From contig CABZMF010000001.1 of the NCBI GenBank assembly GCA_902526795.1, positions 350,622-414,621 on the forward strand: a stretch of DNA of 64,000 bases, in the 5' to 3' direction. Source of the stretch: an uncultured Fidelibacterota bacterium (lineage in GTDB: Bacteria; Fidelibacterota; Marinisomatia; Marinisomatales; Marinisomataceae). The position numbers and the translations under genes are program-made. Under the pieces are notes generated by a model, which made no database searches, was not told the origin of the DNA, and was given only the letters and a program-made list of their open reading frames with translations. Numbering within the stretch: position 1 is the first letter of the stretch; the number at the start of each line of letters is the position of its first letter. This document shows, piece after piece, positions 59,135 to 64,000 of this stretch.

Positions 59135-60288
59135 AAAAAATATCATATATGACTGCTGGCGAATCCCATGGAAAGGGTTTAATTGGTATAATTGAAGGAA
59201 TACCAGCAGGCTTAGAGCTTACAGAAGAATACATTGCAGTTGATCTTTTAAGAAGAATGCAAGGACATGGAAGAGGCGGAAGAATGAAAATCGAAAAGGA
59301 TTTTGCAGAGATCTTTTCAGGGGTGAGACATGAAAAAACTTTGGGTTCTCCAATTTCACTTATCATTAAAAATTTAGATTGGGTTAATTGGGAAGACAGA
59401 ATGGCAATTGGAAAGCCAAAAAAATTACATAAAAAAATAACAATGCCAAGACCCGGACATGCTGATCTTGCAGGAATGATGAAGTATGATTTTGATGATT
59501 TACGAAACGTTTTGGAGCGTTCTTCTGCAAGAGAAACAGCTATGAGAGTTGCAATTGGTGCTATTTGTAAAAGGCTATTAGAAGAGGTTGGAATAGGTAT
59601 TGGTAGTAGAGTTTATCAAATTCATGATATTGTTGATGAAACTCCAGTTTTATCATCCATGTCATTAAAAGATTTAAATCATAACGCTGATAGTTCTCCA
59701 GTTCGATGTCTTAATAAAAAAATCGAAGATAAAATGATAAAAGTAATTGATACAGCAAAGCGTAATGGAGACTCTGTTGGCGGATCATTTGAGGTAGTAG
59801 CATCTGGATTGCCATATGGATTGGGTTCATACATCAATGCAGATGGAAAGCTCCAAGCTAGAATAACTCAAGCTATGATGTCTGTTAATGCTTTTAAAGG
59901 TGTAGAGCTTGGTGCAGGTTTTGCTTCGAGTGCAGCTTTTGGAAGTGAATTACATGATGAAATTCTTATAGAAAATGATAAAATTGTTCGTTCAAGCAAT
60001 AATGCTGGCGGAATTGAAGGTGGTATGAGCAATGCACAACCAATTCATGTTAAGGTTAGCATGAAACCCCTTTCAACATTAGTAAAACCTTTAAAATCTA
60101 TTGATTTAGAAACAATGGAACCAGTTCTTGCTCACAAAGAGAGATCCGATTCTTGTGCTGTTCCAGCTGCATCTATAATAGGAGAAAGCATGCTTGCAAT
60201 CGTACTTGCGGATGCATTATTGGAAAAATTTAGTGGAGATAGTGTTAAGCAATTAAAAAAACATATTGAAAGCAGTGGAAAATATTAA
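59128..60288 (+). CDS. aroC: Chorismate synthase
   Basis: TAGESHG, PRPGHAD, ERSSARET, NNAGGIEGG, ERSD. Confidence 0.97.
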   Translation: MLKKISYMTAGESHGKGLIGIIEGIPAGLELTEEYIAVDLLRRMQGHGRGGRMKIEKDFAEIFSGVRHEKTLGSPISLIIKNLDWVNWEDRMAIGKPKKLHKKITMPRPGHADLAGMMKYDFDDLRNVLERSSARETAMRVAIGAICKRLLEEVGIGIGSRVYQIHDIVDETPVLSSMSLKDLNHNADSSPVRCLNKKIEDKMIKVIDTAKRNGDSVGGSFEVVASGLPYGLGSYINADGKLQARITQAMMSVNAFKGVELGAGFASSAAFGSELHDEILIENDKIVRSSNNAGGIEGGMSNAQPIHVKVSMKPLSTLVKPLKSIDLETMEPVLAHKERSDSCAVPAASIIGESMLAIVLADALLEKFSGDSVKQLKKHIESSGKY

Positions 60289-60787
60289 TCAACTTTACCT
60301 TATTGGAATGATGGGTTCAGGTAAGTCATCTATTGGAAAGTCTCTTTCTTTAAGCATGGGATGGAATCTCATCGATATTGATGATGAAATTTGTAGTCGA
60401 TATAATACATCAATAAATGATTTATTCTTGAAAGGGGAAGAAAATTTTAGAGAAATAGAGTACATTGAGCTTCAAAAGCATATTTTAAAAGAAAATACAA
60501 TTATTGCTGTAGGTGGAGGGGCCGTCACATTTCAGGATAGTTATGACTTTTTAAGTTCAAAACATTGCATTTATCTAAAAACATCTAAAAAAGTATTAAT
60601 TGAAAGACTACAAGGTGACAATTCAAGACCGTTATTGAATGTTCATAATAAAGAAGATGCTTTAGAAAAGATTATGCATGAAAGGTCAAAAAAATACGAA
60701 GAATTGTCAAATATTGAATTAATTACAGATAATAAATCAATTGAGGATAATTGTAATAAAATTATTGAGATGATAAATGTCCAATAA
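60266..60787 (+). CDS. aroK: Shikimate kinase
   Basis: GMMGSGKS, DxD, GExxFR, GGG, RPLL. Confidence 0.94.
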   Translation: MKAVENINQLYLIGMMGSGKSSIGKSLSLSMGWNLIDIDDEICSRYNTSINDLFLKGEENFREIEYIELQKHILKENTIIAVGGGAVTFQDSYDFLSSKHCIYLKTSKKVLIERLQGDNSRPLLNVHNKEDALEKIMHERSKKYEELSNIELITDNKSIEDNCNKIIEMINVQ

Positions 60788-61844
60788 AATAAAAGTTGAT
60801 TTAGGAGATAACAGCTATAACATTAGCTTTGTTGAAGATTTTAAAGATTCAATTGTTAAGTTTGCATTATCAACAAAATCTCAGTGCTTATTGATCACAC
60901 AAGAAAAAATTTTTAATCTACACAAACAAAAATTTGATAAGATTTCTAAGACTCCGAATATTAATATTTTAATGATTAGTGACGGAGAACAAGCAAAATC
61001 ATTTGAATCAATTAATTCCATTGTGAGTGAAATGGCTAAAAATAACTTTGATAGATCCTCTTTAGTTTTTGCAGTTGGTGGAGGAGTAGTTGGAGATGTA
61101 GCAGGTTTTGCTGCATCAATTTTTATGCGAGGCATAAAATATGTTCAATACCCCACAACTTTACTATCAATGGTTGATTCATCTATTGGTGGAAAAACGG
61201 GCATAAATTTAAAAGATGGAAAAAATTTAGTAGGAAGAATATATCAACCTATAGCGGTAGAAGTCGATACAAATTTTTTATCAACTTTACCTAAAAGAGA
61301 CTTCAATGCTGCTTTTGCAGAAGTTATTAAATATGGATTTATTTATGATAAAGATTTATTTGATTATTTAAGCGAAAATTTATCAAATATTAAAAATAAT
61401 GATCTTAATGTTATTAAAAAGATTATAACTCAATGTTGTGAAATAAAAAGTGATATTGTCAGTGAAGATGAAAATGAAAATGAGCTTAGAATGATTTTAA
61501 ATTTTGGACACACCGTTGGACATGCAATTGAGTCTTATACGAAATATGAAGAATTGCTTCATGGTGAAGCGATTTTTTATGGAATGAAATGTGCATTATT
61601 CATATCTAATAAATTTGGAAATTTAAATAAAGATGAATATAAAAAATCTCTTCAATTATTATCAAAATTTGATTTACCAAATCTGAGCATCGATAACAAA
61701 GATATTTTTATTAACTTTGTTAAGAATGATAAAAAATTCAGAGGTAAAAATATTAGATTTATTTTACTAGATGAAATTGGTAAATCCAGAATCAGTAAAG
61801 ATATTACATTTGAACAAATAAAAAAAAGTTTGAGTGTCTTATGA
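60777..61844 (+). CDS. aroB: 3-dehydroquinate synthase
   Basis: GGGVVGDxxGF, PTTLL, DSSIGGKTG, LNFGHT, HGEA. Confidence 0.96.
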   Translation: MSNKIKVDLGDNSYNISFVEDFKDSIVKFALSTKSQCLLITQEKIFNLHKQKFDKISKTPNINILMISDGEQAKSFESINSIVSEMAKNNFDRSSLVFAVGGGVVGDVAGFAASIFMRGIKYVQYPTTLLSMVDSSIGGKTGINLKDGKNLVGRIYQPIAVEVDTNFLSTLPKRDFNAAFAEVIKYGFIYDKDLFDYLSENLSNIKNNDLNVIKKIITQCCEIKSDIVSEDENENELRMILNFGHTVGHAIESYTKYEELLHGEAIFYGMKCALFISNKFGNLNKDEYKKSLQLLSKFDLPNLSIDNKDIFINFVKNDKKFRGKNIRFILLDEIGKSRISKDITFEQIKKSLSVL

Positions 61845-62269
61845 AGTTGATAATTGTTAATGGACCAAATCTTAATTTACTTGGTGAAAGAGAGCCTGAA
61901 ATTTATGGAAGAGAGAGTTTAGAGCAAATTAATACATGGATAAGAAATCATGAATTATGTAAAGATTTAGTAATTGATTTTTTTCAATCTAACTCGGAGG
62001 GAGAAATTATTGATTTTTTACACTCAAAAAGAAATATAGTAGATTATTGTGTTTTAAATGCTGGGGCTTTAACTCATTATTCATATGCATTAAGAGATGC
62101 AATTGTTTCTTCTCAAATTCCAACTGTTGAAGTACATCTATCAAATATTTACAAGCGAGAAAATTTTAGGAAAAATTCGGTTATAAAAAATGTTTGTATG
62201 GAGCAATTTTACGGAGAAGGAAAACAAAGCTATATTAATGGTATCAAGCATATTTTGGAGAAAAAATAA
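61841..62269 (+). CDS. aroQ: Type II 3-dehydroquinate dehydratase
   Basis: NGPNLNLLGxREPxIYG, QSNxEG, THYS, EVHLSN. Confidence 0.97.
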   Translation: MKLIIVNGPNLNLLGEREPEIYGRESLEQINTWIRNHELCKDLVIDFFQSNSEGEIIDFLHSKRNIVDYCVLNAGALTHYSYALRDAIVSSQIPTVEVHLSNIYKRENFRKNSVIKNVCMEQFYGEGKQSYINGIKHILEKK

Positions 62270-62835
62270 TGATAGTCGGCATTCAAGGAATTGAGGGTAG
62301 TTTTAGCGAAGAAGCAGCTAAATCATTTTGTAAAAAGTTTGGAATTAAAAATTTTAAATTTAAATATTTAATTAGCTCTATGAATGTACTCAACAGTGTA
62401 TCAGATAGAACAATTGATACTGGAATATTTGCTATGGAGAATGCTCAAGGAGGAGTCGTAATTGAAAGCGTTGAAGCATTAGCAAAAAACCAGTGTGAGA
62501 TTGTGGATATGTTTTATGTCGAAATAAGTCAAAATTTATTGGCATTAAAGGGTGTTTCTCTAGGAGAGATTGATCAAATTCATTCACACGAGCAAGCATT
62601 AAAACAATGTAAAGATTATCTAGCTGAGAGATTTTGGTCAAAAAAGTTAATTGAGGAAGATGATACTGCAAAAGCCGCCCAGGATTTAGCTGAAGGTAAT
62701 TTGCCTAGAAATGCAGCAGTTATTGCTAGTAGGTTTTCTGCTGAAAAGTATGATTTAAAAATTCTTGATAATGATATTCATGATTTGAAAAGAAATTTAA
62801 CATTATTTTTAGCTGTTAAAAGGCTGGATTTATGA
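62269..62835 (+). CDS. pheA: Prephenate (or arogenate) dehydratase, catalytic domain only
   Basis: QGxxGSFSE, ENxxxG, SHxQALxQC, TAxAA, NxTxF; no ACT domain. Confidence 0.88.
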   Translation: MIVGIQGIEGSFSEEAAKSFCKKFGIKNFKFKYLISSMNVLNSVSDRTIDTGIFAMENAQGGVVIESVEALAKNQCEIVDMFYVEISQNLLALKGVSLGEIDQIHSHEQALKQCKDYLAERFWSKKLIEEDDTAKAAQDLAEGNLPRNAAVIASRFSAEKYDLKILDNDIHDLKRNLTLFLAVKRLDL

Positions 62836-63545
62836 AAAAAGTAAGTATAATCGGTTTTGGTAGATTTGGAGCAATGCTTCACAACTTACTTTCGAAAGGA
62901 TTTGAAGTTGAGGTTTATGATAAAAATCCCATAAATAATTTAGAAGTAAATGAGGTTTCTCTAGATCAGGTGCTAAAAAATGAAACAATTTTTGTTTCGG
63001 TACCAATTAGGGACTTTAAAGATTTAATTATAAATATTTCAAATAAAATAAATCCTGGAAAAACTATCATTGATGTTTGTTCAGTAAAAGTGTTTCCAAA
63101 GAAGGTAATGGTTGAGAATTTGTCGAGAAAAACTGATATAATTGCAACTCATCCATTATTTGGTCCTGATTCATTAAGAGATAGTGGTTCTGTTATGACA
63201 ATGGAAGCTGTTAGGAATTCCTACGAGAGATATGACTTTTGGAAAAATTATTTTGAAAGCCAAAATATCACTATTGAAGAAATTTCTGCTGAGGAGCATG
63301 ATATGATGGCTGCAAGATCACAAGGTTTAACTCATTTCGTTGGGCGAGTTATTGATGATTTTGGAACTAATCAAACAAAAATTGATACGGAAGGTTATAA
63401 GGCTTTGCATAAACTTGTAAACCAAACGTGTAATGATACATGGGAATTATTTGAAGATATACAAAATTATAACCCATATACGGAAAAAATGATTTCAGAA
63501 TTAAATGGAAGTTTCAAAAAAATTAGCGAAATTATAGAAAAATAA
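62832..63545 (+). CDS. tyrA: TyrA prephenate/arogenate dehydrogenase (plant-like clade)
   Basis: GFGRFG, DVCSVK, THPLFGP, HDxxAAxSQxxTH. Confidence 0.9.
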   Translation: MKKVSIIGFGRFGAMLHNLLSKGFEVEVYDKNPINNLEVNEVSLDQVLKNETIFVSVPIRDFKDLIINISNKINPGKTIIDVCSVKVFPKKVMVENLSRKTDIIATHPLFGPDSLRDSGSVMTMEAVRNSYERYDFWKNYFESQNITIEEISAEEHDMMAARSQGLTHFVGRVIDDFGTNQTKIDTEGYKALHKLVNQTCNDTWELFEDIQNYNPYTEKMISELNGSFKKISEIIEK

Positions 63546-63555
63546 GGAGAGAATT

Positions 63556-63918
63556 ATGGATAATATTTTTAATAAAATAAGTATTAGTTTAATCATTTTA
63601 GGTATAGCATTTTATGCTTTTGCTATGACATTTACTGCACTAATTCCATCAATTTTGGGTTTGCTAATGCAAGTTGTTTTATTTTTTGGAAGAACTTTTC
63701 CAAAGTTTCATAAAATCTTTGCACACGTCAATGTTCTAATACTAATTCTTGGAGTTGGAGCAACTTATGGTTCAGTTTTAGATTTAGGAAGTTATCTTTT
63801 TAATGGTAACGAATTAGCCAGACCTTTAGCAACAATTGAGCAATTTACAACTTTTGTTTTATGTTTAGTTGGAACAATTATGGCAATTCAATCATTCATC
63901 AATGCTCGAAAAAGTTAA
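63556..63918 (+). CDS. Small four-TM membrane protein
   Basis: AGGAG SD; TALIP motif, hydrophobic segments, SFIxARK end. Confidence 0.75.
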   Translation: MDNIFNKISISLIILGIAFYAFAMTFTALIPSILGLLMQVVLFFGRTFPKFHKIFAHVNVLILILGVGATYGSVLDLGSYLFNGNELARPLATIEQFTTFVLCLVGTIMAIQSFINARKS

Positions 63919-63977
63919 ATTGAAACTTTTTCTTAAATGAATTGTTGAAATAGAAAGATTAATAATCAGGAGTAATA

Positions 63978-64000
63978 ATGAAATATATACTATTTATAAC
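63978..64000 (+). CDS. Start of a CDS cut by the window edge (MKYILFI...)
   Basis: AGGAG SD at 63968-63972 followed by ATG and a signal-peptide-like start. Confidence 0.55.

Noticed and set aside
526-62671. Short alternative-frame and antisense ORFs in the track (e.g. 526-822, 5976-6209, 23944-24285, 29622-29981, 44718-45029, 56417-56854, 57884-58315)
   Set aside because: They lie within well-supported genes, have no motifs and are the expected shadows of codon bias
1-64000. rRNA, tRNA, IS elements or alternative genetic code
   Set aside because: Intergenic gaps are short and AT-rich with no cloverleaf or transposase; TGA and TAG end conserved genes at expected lengths

Overview
Gene-dense, very AT-rich bacterial chromosome segment that reads cleanly in the standard bacterial code. 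Gene neighbourhoods (sigma54-activator/lptE, DUF5683, DUF4837-like) suggest a streamlined FCB-superphylum marine bacterium such as Marinimicrobia/SAR406; this is inference. The first ~36 kb is mostly housekeeping (aceA, pepA, pntAB, pip, alaS, guaB, rpsT, tatC, LPS genes, uvrB, asnS, nadE, lepA, accA, ppiD-like). It also holds two orphan phage-type genes, an iota-class carbonic anhydrase candidate and a frameshifted Na+-dependent transporter. The 36.7-44.6 kb block looks accessory. It encodes a multi-TM protein resembling the insect chemoreceptor/DUF3537 (7TMIC) ion-channel fold, a fungal-type IDO-like heme dioxygenase coupled to a TlpA redoxin, and an unannotated 36-aa CxxC..CxxC zinc microprotein in front of ogt. 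After amt-glnK and a penicillin-acylase-family gene comes a 17-gene aromatic amino acid supercluster (trpEGDCFBA; CM-DAHPS II-aroA-E-C-K-B-Q-pheA-tyrA). Each half is headed by an unannotated 19-aa, apparently leaderless attenuator peptide (Trp-type and Tyr/Phe-type), and the two cassettes have base-for-base identical geometry. No rRNA, tRNA, CRISPR array, integrase or transposase was seen. All family calls come from motif recognition by eye, not database searches.
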